This document shows positions 21,761-35,315 of a stretch of 64,000 nt of DNA, one piece after another. Both the position numbers and the translations under genes were made by a program. The stretch is from the NCBI GenBank assembly GCA_030390025.1, contig CM059431.1:121770001-121834000 (forward strand), in the 5' to 3' direction. The stretch's first letter is position 1; each line of letters begins with the position of its first letter. The notes under the pieces are model-generated. The model had not been told where the DNA came from and did no database searches. It saw only the letters and a list, made by a program, of their open reading frames with translations. The DNA comes from Squalus acanthias. Its lineage: Eukaryota.

Positions 21761-22299
21761 GAGGGGTCAGCCATTTAGGACTGAGATGAGGAGAAATTTC
21801 TTCACTCAGAGGGTGGTGAACCTATGGAATCCTCTAACCCAGAGGGCTGTGGAGGCTCATTTGTTGAGTATATTCAAGACAGAGATCGATAGATTTTTGA
21901 CTATTAAGGGAATCAAGGGATATGGGGATAGTGCAGGAAAGTGGAGTTGATGTAGAAGACCAGCCATGATCTTATTGATTGGCGGAGCAGGCTCGAAGGG
22001 CCGATTGGCCTACTCCTGCTCCTATTTCTTATATTCTTATGTTCTTATAATACAAGTGGAGAAATGTTGTGTACCGTTTGAGGTACAAAGCCCAAGTTTT
22101 CACATGTCATGGCCACTCTTGATTTGCCAGCTTTTTTTTTGGTGGGAAGGATGGTGTGGGGGGTACGGTTGATTGTCTGTTATTTTTTAAGCTGCTGGCC
22201 AGCTTTTGCTAGTTTTCTATGTTGTACGTATGAAATGAATGAACAACCTTTCTCATCTTCTTCTAATCAGATGTGACTTTTCTATTTTGTTGTAATAGT

Positions 22300-23700
22300 T
22301 TGGACGTATCCTCATTGCCTCTCCTTTATGCTTCACTTAAAGCGAGGTACTGGCTACATCCAAATTAACAATTCTCTTGGGTGAAACTATTGAGGCAAAC
22401 CTCACTGACACCTGCAACATGCTTGGATAAGCACTTCTACCAATGCAAGTTAATTGGCACTCACATCCACATATAGCAATGTAAAGTCATTGACAGTTAT
22501 ACCCATATGTAGGAGTATGACATAACTGACAGTGATTCTCTTTGCTTACCTTGGAACTTTTCTTCAAGTTGGACAACTTCTTCTGCATGCCCCTCTCAGC
22601 ATAATAATTGCTTTCCACAGCTGCTGGAGCATCTGCTTAGTGGTGGGTTGCTTATTAGACCCATTAAGAGAATTTCTCCATTCTCTCACACCATTCAGAT
22701 TATTTGACGGGTCTTCATCAGTAATGCAGACCTTTCTATACCTTACTTTTTCTATCAGCAATCCAGTTTGTGCAGTCCACAGATGGATTGATGCATTAGA
22801 TTAAATAATAGCATTTTATGTCTATTAGACATTTAACTGGGGATTTAATTATTTGCTCTTTTTATTTTCTAATTGGCTGTTCACTGTCTGTTAGTTGGAG
22901 TATATCTGAACTCCACAAATGCACTATGAATAAACCTTGTGAGTGTGCTATCAAAATGAGAGAAAAATTAACTCTCATTTAACACGCAAACAGTTTCACT
23001 TTTCTACCCCAGCTTAAATCTCTATTTCTCTATTGCTCCATTGTATTCAGAATTATTGCTCACATTAAGTTTTGTCACTCTCACGTCTATCGGATCCTTT
23101 GGTCTATCCCATCATCCTCAAGTTGGATCCTTCCAAATTTAGCCCTGCCTTTTGCTGTCCCTCGAATCTCTCTTACTTTACTCCAAGTCCAGCTTGATTT
23201 CTCTTAAGAAATGTATTGATGGTCAACCTGTCCCTGAGAAAGGTAATTCATTTATTCATTCCTTGTTAATCTAATATGAATACTTTCTAAAATCATGGAA
23301 GCTGCTGTTAACTTCCAAGATCACTTTGAAGATTGTGGTTTTTCACTGCTGATTTTGTTGCTTATGTTATGCATCTCTGGAAGTCTTCTCTTAAACAATT
23401 TGGTTAATCTTACATCACTTTGGCTAGTTCTGGCACTGTATGCTTCCAAATATGTTAGCATCATATGATCTCCTATGAAAGCTATGTTCATGGGTAGCTA
23501 GTTTCCGCTCAAATTACTCTATCTCTGCTGTGGTTGATGCCTCATCCTCTGACTTATTCTCTATTAACTCATGGGCTCCCTCGTACTCTGCATTCTCTCT
23601 CAGTCTGTTCCCTGTTCATATCATTGAGCACCTCCATTCATCATCAAACACTATGCCCTCTTTTGCTGATGGTTCTTCTCAGGGCTGGATCACAGTGGAG
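22300..23700 (-). pseudogene. Highly decayed L1/Tx1-like RT remnant
   Basis: LRGACRRSCP resembles RGxRQGCPLS; otherwise many stops, so boundaries are approximate. Confidence 0.3.
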
Positions 23701-25019
23701 AATGAGGGAAAATTCAGGCTAGAAGTGGTGGTCAAGGACAGCACTGTGCATAGTGCATGCTGAAAGATGGTAGACCCTAAGAAGATGACAAAGGCTACCC
23801 AACAGTGACATATAACAGTAGATGGTCCAAGTATGAATATCATTAGGTGTTACCTGTCAACCAGTTACACATTTACTGCTGAGTATTACATACAAAATCC
23901 TTAGGAAACCCTACAGCTCTTTTCATTGCTTAGCTTACATGCCCATACTCCAGCAGGACACACATTCATGCTGCAATGTACAGCTAAACTCCTCATCACA
24001 TCTTAAAAAGGCTTCACTCTAAATTATTCTAATACACCCTAGCTGCATGATGTGTGAGCAGTTACTAACACATAGAATGGGCTGCAAGTTGAGCACATGT
24101 CTGCAAGCTGTATTTGTTTTTTAAGTTTACATCTTACAACAAGTCTATTCTACTTGCAGGAAAAGATCACATATGATGGTAAATTTTGCAAGATGAGGAC
24201 CATCGTCTAGATTCTTGCTCTCTGGGAGTGTAGATCAGAGAAATAGGTCGGAGAAAATGTTACCACCATTTCAATCACTTTTTTTTGGATACATGAACAA
24301 ACCACAAATTGAGAGATTATGTTAATGTTATCCTGGAATGAAGCAGAGGCATAACATTGAAAGAGCACTTAACCTTGACTGCCATTGGCAATTCTGACAA
24401 ATGTTGGAAGTGGACTGCAGGTCTCCTTGTAGCAGATGGCACAGCTCTACAACCGACTCCCTCTGACCCAGAATCTGTGGAACCAGTTGCCCTTGATTAT
24501 TGGCAGGTCTTTATAATAATTATGGTAAAATAATAGCAGGTGCAGGCAGTCCAGTTGCTGATTAATCATATATTGCTGTTTGGATGCATTTAAAGCAACC
24601 CCCATAATTAATGTAAAATTGAATTTCCAAACAGCACTGGACTGTATAGCTTTCAGTCTTGCTGTTTCTTGAGCTGGAGGGTAAATTTGTATTCCAGGAG
24701 CCACTTTGCATAATCTCTTCCATCCATATCCATGACCAACCCTTCAAACTTGCCATCTCATACAGCCTCTACATTTTCTAAGTCTAGATCACTAATAAAG
24801 CTATCTCTGGACAGTTCCCCATCTCCTTCATCTCCCACATTTCCCATCCTTCCTCCAACCCTACTACGATCACCCTCTGGTCCTGGACAAAATTACTATC
24901 CAGCTGCCTCAGACATTTATTTTTATACTTGCATTCCTTTGGTCATTGTCCAGTTATGACAACTGTGCTACTGTTGATCTGCTTAACTATGGTGTATTTG
25001 GGGTGCGAGGGATGATTTA

Positions 25020-26642
25020 GGTGAAGCACTCCTCGATACGCTAGTCTATCAGCGCTCTGGTATAGAGGGGCACTGGTGGTCACTGCCTCTCTTCCTCCTG
25101 CTCCTCCTCCTCTTCCAGCTCCTTCTCCTCCTCCTATTCCTAGTCCTCCCCCTCTTCCTGTTCCTGGTCCTCCTCTGCACATGTTGCTGAATAGGATGTG
25201 GTGAAGGCTTATCCCTCATGATGGTGAAGTTGTGGAGCATGCAACAGACAATGATCTGGATACCTGTTTGGGGGTGTAGAGCAAGGCTCTTCCGGAACAG
25301 TCTAGGCAGCGGGAGCATTGCCTGAGCACACCAATTGTTTGTTCAATTCTGTTCGATGTGGCAGCATGACTTTGGTTTAGGTGTGCTGTGCACTGTGCAC
25401 AGCTTCCTGACAGTATTCATGAGCTATTTCCAGAGGGGATAGCCCTTGTCACCCAATAGCTAGCCTGCGGCCTGGTTATAATAAAGCTGGCACTGAGAAC
25501 TGGCACAGGATGAAAGAGTCATGACTGCTGCCAGGATAACGAGCACAGTCCTGCATAATGCACTGTCTGTGGTCGCAAACTAGCTTTCCGTTGAGGAACT
25601 GAAATCCCCTTTGATTGATAAAGATGCCAGGCTGGTGATAGGGAGCACCCAAGGCTAGGTGTGTGCAGTCAATGGCACTTTGCATCTGGGAAAGCCTGCC
25701 ATGTGGGCGAGACCAAGTGCTATTTTGCCCTGCTTTGCTCTGTCCATAGGCAAGGAGATGTAAGTGTTCCTTGGCGTAGAGAGCCTTGGTAACCTCCCTG
25801 ATATATCGGTGTACTGCGAACTGGGAGATGTGGCTGATGTCATCTGTTGCAGCCTGAAAGGAATCTGTTGCATCAAAGTTGAGGGCCATGGTAACCTTGA
25901 CAGCCACAAGCAGTGCTGTCCATGTCTTGGTGCGAGGCTCGAGTTGTGGCTGCAGCAGGTGACATAGCTCAGTGATATGCTACTTGGTGAAACGAAAGAG
26001 CCTGAGAAATTGCTCCTGAGTAAAGTTAATGTAGGAGAAGTGCTCCCTGAAGACCCTCTGTAGATACGGCCTCCTACGCAGTGCCCTCCTCCTCCTCCCT
26101 CTTCTAGCAGCTGTTTCTGCTCTGTGGTGTTTTCCTTGCTGCTCCCCCTCATCTACCAGTCCCGAAGGTAGCCCGATGAGACCACCCATGTCTGCAGCTA
26201 AGCTCTTTCTGAGGTAAACAACATCAGTGCAACATCAGCAAAATCTTGCTCTGTTTATACAAAGTGAACTTTCCAAAGTGATAAAACACACCAAAAACAT
26301 CCAGAATTTGAGTAGCAGCCTAAAATGAGAAACCAGCAACTAACCTGTAAGTACTGCATGATCCCCTTAAATAGTGCTGGCGAGGTGGCCTTCCGGTTAG
26401 TGCCATGTTGTGAATGAAGCGCTGGGACAATCATAAATGGAGACAGGGTCCTGCAAGATGCGCAGGACACTAATTTGAATCAGTTATTCTGGGCTTTAAA
26501 AGTTTCTGATGTGCAGTCCTGCCACCAGCGCATCTTCCGTTAGCAATATGGTGGTTGGCGCACTTCCTGTCCGTCATATTGGGAGCTTAGTATGCCGGTT
26601 AACACCCGAAAATCGAGCGCTGTGCAGCCAAATTTCTAGGCC
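25020..26642 (-). mobile_element. Decayed Harbinger: transposase pseudogene plus terminal region
   Basis: Motifs AVKVTMALNF, SAIDCTHL, ARYPGSSHDSFIL and VCCMLHNFTIMR; ends in AATTTCTAGGCC. Confidence 0.85.
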
Positions 26643-27113
26643 AAGAATTTATAATAGCAAAATTTCACATAAAAATGTGAAAAGAAAATGACAACAGAAA
26701 CTAAGGTGTTGTCGACAGGAAATGTGCACAAACATCAGATTTTAATATATTATAGATAGGTAGCTAGAAACTAGATCCCCAGGTTTGGCACTTCAGTACT
26801 TGATATCTGCCTTTCATTACATTGCATGATTAAGGATCATTCCCACCAGAGTATAATTCTTCTCTGTAACACATCCCAGTCCTATCTATGCAGTCAGATA
26901 GACATTTTCCTGCTGCTTTCTTCCAAAATATGATAGGTTTCAGTCACTTCCAATTGATTTGCATCAAGCCCCAAAATTTCAGAACATTTTTTAAGTTTCT
27001 TGAAATGTCAAACTTGCAAAAAAAAGCAATTTTATTGCATTACAGCAGCAGATGTGAAACATCACAGATTTTGAACTTTTACGGAGCAGCTCAGTCACTT
27101 TGCAGTAGAACAT

Positions 27114-28811
27114 TGTAGAATTCGCAATATATCGCGATTTCATTAATAAGGAGAAAACACAAAGTTTCGTTCAAACAGCTTTTATTTCAGTAGAATGCTG
27201 GCAGGTTTAAAGTGGACACAAGCAGCCTGTAAAATGGCCACCGCACCTCGTGACAGAACATTCTAGACTTTTCAACAGGCAGACAAGATGGCGTTCCAAT
27301 AAACATTTGTGCAAGATCGATTAAGATTCAGCACAGTGAAGATAATACACGAGACATTATGGGTTTGCAGTATACACATAGATACTGAAATCGGTCTCCC
27401 AGGTACAAAGGAAAGCCATTGTACCGAGGAATCAAGGGCCCATCCAAAAGACATTAATATGTAAAATCCCAATGACTCTACGATGAGAGAGCCGTTAGCA
27501 GGTAGTTATACAGGACACTTGGAAGCCCCAAACCCCTCCAGGGAGAACACCGACCGATTTAACAATGGGAGAAATATTAACAGGTACTCAGACATTTACG
27601 AGTAGCCCCGAAACCCATTAAGAACGGAGATCACCCATACAAGACATTTGAGCGCCAGACCTTAAACAAAAGAATGGACATTATAGTTGGGCGGGAAACG
27701 GAAGATTTTGCACTATAATTGCAGGCTCCAAACCGTCCATTCTCTCTCTTGCTCCTGTGCTTTTATCCGGTCGATTCGTAACCTCGTGGCTGCTCCTGTG
27801 TACTCGTAGTTGGGCTCGCTCCTGCTTGCCTGTTGCCTCTTCTGAAAAGACTGTTGAACTTTCTGATCCGTTCGGATCTACCTCGTGTCGCGTAACGAAG
27901 ACCTATGTTGGTAACTGGCAGCGGAACCGAAGGCCCGAGATGAGATAAGATGAGATGAGATGAGAAGAGAGGAAGACCATATCCATCGCCACGGTCAGTA
28001 AATCCCGACCGCGCCTGTAGGTCGATTAGCCAAGTTTTCCTCGCCAGGAAGACTTCTTCGAACTTATAACGAAACATATTGCATCGATGATAACTGGACT
28101 GTGCCCAAAGTAACTGGAACGTGAAAACATATCGTATCGACGATATTGACAACTGTGCTCGAAGAGTACCTGTTAAACCAACCAACACAGGTCTTCATCA
28201 CAGCAGACGGTCCAGCCTGCTAGCCGGAGCAGCAGAAGCAAGTAAACAAGTGGGACCAGGAGATCTCCTGACCGACACGTGGGTGCTGCGGTGAAAAACA
28301 TCCGATCAGCTATTCGGAATTTCTCCGAGTTATCACGAGTGGTGAGCATGAGTCTCGAAATCCTACGAATCTAGTTTAGGATAGATATTGATAGGGGAGG
28401 GTTTAAGGATTAAGGATATTTGTAATGTGTGCCCCTATTTATTTTGTGCCGTTCGTTCCTCGTTTCCCTAAGATCGACTATATAACTGTTTGTAAGATTG
28501 TACTGTCATTAATCTGTGCTTATGACATGTATTTCATAATCTTAAGTAACATGCAATAAAGATTTTCCATTTCGTACCATTCAAACCAAGTCTACATGAG
28601 TTTTATCTCCATTACTGCTCTCGCATCTAAGTCCAGTGTCTAGAACCGTAAGGGAGAGTGATTCGAACCACTCACAGGTGTGTCTAGTGTTCCCAGACTG
28701 GCTGGAGACCAGAACAGGCAGCAAGGCCTAGACCCGCACTGACATACAGGCTGCACAGAGCCGCGTGAATCCCACAGGCCACGAGACACGCAGGGTCAGG
28801 AATCCCTTACA
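27114..28811 (+). mobile_element. Solo LTR (1698 bp) of the same family as 4093-13472, in the opposite orientation
   Basis: Reverse complement of the proviral LTRs; TGTAG...TTACA ends; ACAT TSD at 27110-27113 and 28812-28815. Confidence 0.97.
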
Positions 28812-29769
28812 ACATCTATTTCTGAAATGACAGCAAAATGTCACTTCAATCTCTCTGAATTTGCAAAGGTTCAGGAATGGTGAATTCTGACTAACAGGTC
28901 ATACAGACCAAAATAGAGGAAAGCCTTATCATGTCAAGAGGGAACAACAATCTTCAGGCCAAATCTTCAGGTTAACTTATTGATATTGCAATATGTTACT
29001 GACCAGCTGCATCCCCTTTTAAAGCTGAATAAGTTGCTTGCTGTTGAATTCGACTATCGCTGTATCGGGGCAACCATTGTGACTGGAACAAAGATGCTGG
29101 GCATTGCACCTGCACAAATTGTACCAGTCACTAAAATGTTTAAAATGCATTGTAGAGCCTCTGTGAACAGAGCGCTTGGAGATCTGTTTTCCAGATGATG
29201 AATCACCAAACCACCTACACATTCCTGGGCTGCTTTCCAAACCCTCGAATACCTTGTCATGCTATAATTCTTCACACTGAATGGGCATGTTTGCTTTTCC
29301 TGCAATACAGCCTTAGAACAATTGAGCTGCAGCTGAAGTTTACTTAGAGTAATGCGTCAGCAATTAGAGAACAAAACTGCGGTCTAAAGATCACGAACTG
29401 CAGAGTCATAAATATTTGAAGGAACAATAGACAAATGCGCCTGCTGCCAGTATTCTGCTTTTAATGACATTTCTCTCAATGGATCTAAACAGTGTTGCAC
29501 AAAATATTCAAAGCATTGATGACTGATGACCCAGAATCATTCAAGAGTGTTGTTGATTAAAATCTTCTTGATAATAATGATTATTTACCAAAGTTCAACA
29601 AGCATGTTGCTGTGGTTTTACTGCACAAAAGGTGGAAATTTGAAATTTCAATACTGTTCTCATAAATGCGACTCTAGCACCCGTAGCAGATTTCAAAGTG
29701 CAGGACACAGATACGATTATTTTAAATGAATACATTTTCACATTTGTATTATAAATATTCTTGAAGTAT

Positions 29770-30145
29770 TAGGCTGTCTCAGCTGATAAGTACTCTTGGC
29801 TCTGAAGGTTGTGGGTTCAAGTCTTGGTACAGATTTGAGTATGTAATCTAGGCTAACACCTCAGTATGGTACTGAGGGAGTGCTGCATTGTTGGTGGTGC
29901 CGTTTTCAGATGAGGTGTTAAGATAATGCTTTGTCAACCGTTCAAGTGAACGTAAAAGATCCAGCAGCCAACATTTCTCCCTTAACTTATGTCATCAAAT
30001 ACAGATTATCTGGTCATTAATTTCTTTTGCTACTGCATTTTCCGGCAAGACTACAGTGACTGCGCTTCAAAAGTAATCCATTTGACTGTAAAATATTTTG
30101 GGATGTCCTGAAAACTGATGATACGTGATATATAATTGCAAGGAA
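29770..30145 (+). mobile_element. tRNA-derived Deu-domain SINE (SacSINE1/AmnSINE-like), decayed
   Basis: B-box-like GGGTTCAAGTC followed by the Deu-like core GTACTGAGGGAGTGCTGCA...GTGCCG...GATGAG...GTAAAAGATCC. Confidence 0.7.
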
Positions 30146-31404
30146 CTTTTTTCTTTGAAGTTAATGGATGTCACCATGTTACCTCCAGGTGGCTCAAAGC
30201 TTCATTCAATGGATCAGAAAACTGGCCATGGAGATCAGCATGCCCAGTTCTCAACACACTGACCTCTATACCTTATTCTCCACTCTGCTCTCCTGTCAAG
30301 CAAAGCTCTGCATTGGGAGCACAGCCTCACAGCAACAGATTTACCTTAAAATGTAAGGCAAAATTACAGAGAACAGCCACACAGAGCTTTTCTGTTTTGG
30401 ACAGTTGTTTGCACTTTCAAAACCTTTCCAGTTTCTGTGTTTTGCATCATTGACATTCATGATAGCATATAATTGACAGACCTGATTAAACTGTGGAAAG
30501 GTTAGCCACGTTGTTTTTGCTGCTTATATTTCTGATTTGGACAGGTCAGGTTAATTCTAATTTAAGCCAGACAGATAAGCTTTAATTTTCTGACTTGACA
30601 GTGGCAGCAGGAAGCGTTGCTTTCTCAGAGCTTGTATTGAAAATTCAGACCCAAATTTCCACTATGGGTTCTAGGCAGATCAGGTTCCCTGCTAGTCACC
30701 CTTCTGCATTTCCCCCCACCTCACCATACACACAACTGTTCAAAAACTGTTCAATTCTGGATCTTGCAAACTGTAAAGTATAAGTTCTAAGACTTCACAA
30801 CCCACACTCTTTAACTCAGTTGATTTGCTGACAACTGAATGATTCTTGCCGATGGGGTGCTAGAGATGTTTTGGTTTTATACTAAACATTCTATCAGGTT
30901 CAGTATCACTGACCACTCCAGTGAGTGGACCTTCTACCCGCAAGATCCAGAGTGTGCCTTTGTCTGCCGACACCACTTCCTGAATTTTCCACTGCTAGTG
31001 ATGTCAGGCATATAATACAGCTGCCCAAATATGGATGTATGTACTATATTCGGACGCAAATTACTAGATTACATCATATCGGTGGGTTTCCAGCATCCAG
31101 CGCTATCGTGGGCCACAGAGGGGAGAGAGGGATTTAAAATTAAAACTTCATACCTTTAAAAAAATGTTTTAATCGTCAGCCAGTCATGCAATGCTTTCAT
31201 CAGAACTCTGCAGCAATTTCTCTCCACCCTCCAACCTCAGCTCCGCCACAGTTCTCTAAATGGTCTTGATGCCTACCCTCAGTATGCAAATATCCTTCGT
31301 CCTTGGAAATGGTTCATGATCGGGGGAGTAGGCAAGGAGTGGAACGCAGTCCCATCCCATTGTGGAGCCACTGCTATTACAGAAAAAAAGGAGACCAGAA
31401 TGTT

Positions 31405-31662
31405 TTGCTCCACCATTGGCGGCTGTGCCTTCAGTTGCCAGGGCCCTAAGCTATGGAATTGGCCTCCCTAATCCTTTCTGCCTCTCTACCTCTCTCTCCT
31501 TCTTTAAAACGCTCCTTACAGCCAACCTCTTTGACCAAGCTTTTTGGTCACCTGTCTTAATATCTGTTTATGTGGCTCTGTGTTTGATAACGCTCCTGTG
31601 AAGCGCCTTGGGACATTTTACTACATTCAAGGCACTATATGAATGCAGGTTGCTGTTGTTTC
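31405..31662 (+). mobile_element. L2 LINE 3' end fragment
   Basis: Similar to the reverse complement of 38560-38820; ends in a (GTT)n tail. Confidence 0.75.
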
Positions 31663-32189
31663 TGGTGTTAAACTGAATGCAATAGCTTGATACATTGACA
31701 ACACAGTCTTGAGAAAGGGTTTGCACCCGCAACGTTAATTTCTCTGCTCTCTCCACAGCTGTTGCCTGACCTGTGAGTGTTTGCACCATCTTCTGTTTTT
31801 GTTTCAGAATTCCAAAATCTGCTGCTTTATTTTTGCTTTTTGTTCATACTGATTCAGTGAGCTGGGCCAGATCCTTCAAACACCTTTGATGACTTTGGCC
31901 AAACAACTTTCAAAAGGACGACATCATTGAGTCTGCAATTGGATCCTGAGGCCCGGGATCCCCAGCTGGCCACAGTTAAAACTGCAAAGCGGGTTAAATA
32001 CGAGGCTTCCGGGCCTCATTATCATATTTAAATAGACGACCCGCCTCCGGGCAGTGGGTTGGCTGCCTGTACCCCCCATACTGCTACCATTAAACCCGGA
32101 AGTGGGCAGGTTGGAGACAGGTTGGGATTCGGGATTCAGATTTTTAATACTTTAACTTCCCCCATGCCCCCAACCCACCCATTTTTTTA

Positions 32190-32618
32190 GGTTTACATCA
32201 TCGGGGACTTCGATGATACTATTCACAGTGAAAAACATTTCTAGCCACTCCACATAAGCTCCGAAAGTCTATCGGTCACGATCGAACTCACTCAAGCACC
32301 CTATTATTCCCCTAGGTGCTGCCATCTGGATTCTGGCAACGTCGACAGTTCAACTACGTGTGCTCGAAATTACCTCAGATTTTTAATTTTTTTCTGCAAA
32401 ACAAATAACAACCAACAGTCCCTCTGTTGGTTGGCAGGATTGTCCTCCAACAAAAATTTAAGCTAGGGAATCCGCAATCCCATCCTCGTCGCCAATTCTG
32501 AGATATCTTGGGACACAGCATATATCTACAATTGCACAACATGGCTTCTGGTAAGAACTGGACTGCCCATGTGCTTTATTATTATATACATCAGTAGTCA
32601 CCAGGTGGCGCTATTACA
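32190..32618 (-). mobile_element. Truncated Gypsy-type LTR retrotransposon: candidate short LTR (32499-32618), tRNA-Ser(GCU) PBS (32476-32494), gag N-terminus (ATG 32325)
   Basis: TGGCGACGAGGATGGGATT; translation MAAPRGIIGCLSEFDRDR*TFGAYVEWLEMFFTVN resembles Gypsy gag starts (FD...W..YVERLE.FF.AN); the LTR extent is uncertain. Confidence 0.7.
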
Positions 32619-32896
32619 GGAAGAAGTTGGAAGGAGAGAGAGAGAGAGAGCTCTACTGATTATAAAGTGTTCTTCTGCAATCACATCTTATGTAATGTTG
32701 GTTGTGAGTTTGTCTGTTCATTTAACCCTTAATAAACCTTCAAGTTTTTGACTGTGTGTTGAACTCCTTCTTGTCATATAGATGCAAGATAGCCTTTGTC
32801 TATAATATTACAAAGTTCACATTCCTAACAGCACCTGGTCACAGTGCCTCACTCACAGCAATAATCACCCATGCATCACATTCCTTAACACTGTAC

Positions 32897-33463
32897 AGTG
32901 AGACCACACCTGGATTACTGCGTACAGTTTTGGTTTCCTTATTTAAGGAGGGATATACTTGCATTGGAGGCAGTTCAGAGAAGGTTCACGAGGTTGATTC
33001 CTGAGATGAAGGGGTTGTCTTATGAAGAAAGGTTAAGCAGGTTGGGCCTATACTCATTGGAGTTTAGAAGAATGAGAGGTGATCTTATTGAAACATATAA
33101 GATGCTGAGGGGGCTTGACAAGGTAGATGCAGAGAGGATGTTTCCCCTCGTGGAGGAATCTAGAACTAGGTGGCATAGTTTCAGAATTTAATATGGAGAT
33201 GAGGAGGAATTTCTTCTCTCAAAGGGTCGTGAATCTGTGGAATTCTCTACCCCAGAGAGTTGTGGAGGCTGGGTCATTGAATATATTCAAGGTGGAGATA
33301 GACAGATTTTTGAACGATCAGGGAGTCAAGGGTTATGGGGAGTGGGCAGAGAAGTGGGGTTGAGGCCAAGATCAGATCAACCATGATCTTATTGAATGGT
33401 GGAGCAGGCTCAAGGGGTCAAATGGCCTACTCTTGCTCCTATCTCTTATGCTCTTATTATGTT
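32897..33463 (+). mobile_element. CR1 LINE 3' fragment
   Basis: RPHLDYCVQFW, RRMRGDLIE, FFSQRVVNLWNSLP and a TCTTATG tail. Confidence 0.92.
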
Positions 33464-35019
33464 CAACCAAAAGGGCACACTATATCATCTCTAATGCTCA
33501 CTCCTAACAACACTCACCTGCTGTCAGTTGCAGAAACTGCACCGCTTCTCATGACTTCTTCTTCAACTGTCAATTCACACTCCAGCCTTATAATTCCCAC
33601 TCAATACCTCCCCATTCTCCTAGCATATTGCTTCTTCCCCCTCTCAGCTTATGTACTATATACAGAAGCCGACACATGTGCACTTGCCTTCTCAGTAGCT
33701 ACTTATAACTTTCTTCTCTTTCTGCAGGAGAAGGAAAGAAATAAGATGAGGGGAGGACCACCCAAAATCATGGCCCTTAACCAAGTGGAGCAGGAGGCCC
33801 TGGAAATAAATGCAAACAGATCCACAAAAATCTTGCAAAAGATTTATTTTGGTAAGCTGACAGCCACATTTCTGGCAATGTAGAACTCCCTATCAGCGTA
33901 ACAAAGTTATATTAAATATTATTAAATATTAATCTGTTAAGCAAGAAACTGTAACTTTGGGTGCCTTATTTTCTAGTCTGGCACATTTTGTCGCACATAT
34001 GGGGATGGATTATCCGTTGCCCACACGACTGCCTTAATCGTACATGACTGTTCTTGAATTAATTTTAATTTCCAGCTTCATTACATGTTCACAGCAAGGT
34101 CTCAGTGGGGAACCTGTCAGCCATAGGGAGCTCACTGATTTGGGGGTGACAAATCAGGGACTGCTGCACCTATTTAAAGGGTTGCAGTAGCCATTTAAAG
34201 GACAGGACCATTTTGGCAGGTAAACGTTTTCAAGGAATCTACAATGAGAAATGAGCGCCATCAAGGCAAAGCGGCAGATTTACAGATGCAATACCTGAGG
34301 TACTATTGCAAAAAGAAGGATGATTTTGTTACACTCGAGAGCATCCTATCCACAGGAGAGCAACCGACAGTATTCAACATTAGATGGTGCAGCATATTAA
34401 TTTGGTCTACACCACCCAAGAGATTTGGAAAATTGGGCAGGTTCTACAATGGACAGGTGATCTGCTCCACCAGGCTACCGCCCAGGTGGCGAAGTTGAAA
34501 ATCACCCTAAAAATTCATCCTCTTCTCCAAAACCTCCACCCGACTACATTGACAGGAGTCAAACTTCTCTTTACTCGGTTAGAATGATACCATGAAGAAA
34601 GAGCATCATTTTCTTTTACAGGTTCGGATAATTGCTGTTGCCCAGTCATAGATGGCAGCTCTGGCCTGTCCCATCATGATAAAAGGGAAATAAAGCAAAG
34701 AAAATAACTGAATGAAAAGAGAAACATTAAAGTGCAGACATATTGTGACTTTATACTATCTAAGAGACAGTATAACTCCAGAATTAGGTCCTGATCTGAC
34801 TTCAGAGCACACAGAGCAAAAACCCCTGGGTAAGGAGGCCACGTCACGCAGCCTGGTGTATAATTCCAGTGTGGTTATAAGGCAGGTTTAGCTAGCACTC
34901 AGAGGGTCTGATAGACCTACTTGGCAATTTATACATGTTAGTGGAGCTGTTTTACTCTTTTGAAAAATGTGGACAGTTCCACCGTAATTCTCATTCAGCA
35001 TTCTGAAGGCAGTACTTCT

Positions 35020-35315
35020 TGCAATTTAGTATATTGTATTCGCTGCTCACGATGACCCTGAGCTTCCGGTTGCCAGTCACTTTAATTTCCCGCTCCACTC
35101 CCACTCTGACCTCTCTGTCCTCGGCCTCTCATGCTGTTCCAATGAAGCTCAAAGTAAGCTCGAGGAACAGCACCTCATCTTTCGATTAGGCACTTTACAG
35201 CCTTCTGGACTCAGCATTGAGCTCAACAATTTCAGATCATAACATCTGCCCCCATTTTTTCAGACGGCAGCTGTTGACGATTCTGCTATTCCCATTTACA
35301 CCTCTTCTAGACCTT
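35020..35315 (+). mobile_element. Penelope-like GIY-YIG fragment with an internal deletion
   Basis: Similar to the reverse complement of 37160-37530 (VYCIRCSR...HFN...LEEQHLIFRLGTLQP). Confidence 0.75.

Larger units (their letters stand above)
18316..22048 (+). mobile_element. Outer CR1 LINE (5'-truncated, frameshifted ORF2), interrupted by an antisense CR1 and a short Penelope-like end
   Basis: QPWLTREVKDSI at the start; resumes at 20297; RT motifs at 20518-21600; TATTCTTATGTTCTTAT tail. Confidence 0.9.

Noticed and set aside
28980..29310. Possible host exon (acceptor-like TATTGCAG on the minus strand, overlapping ORFs)
   Set aside because: No recognisable protein and no partner exons; cannot be supported without RNA data.
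32476..32494. tRNA-Ser gene
   Set aside because: Only the 3' 19 nt including CCA are present, which is the signature of a PBS.
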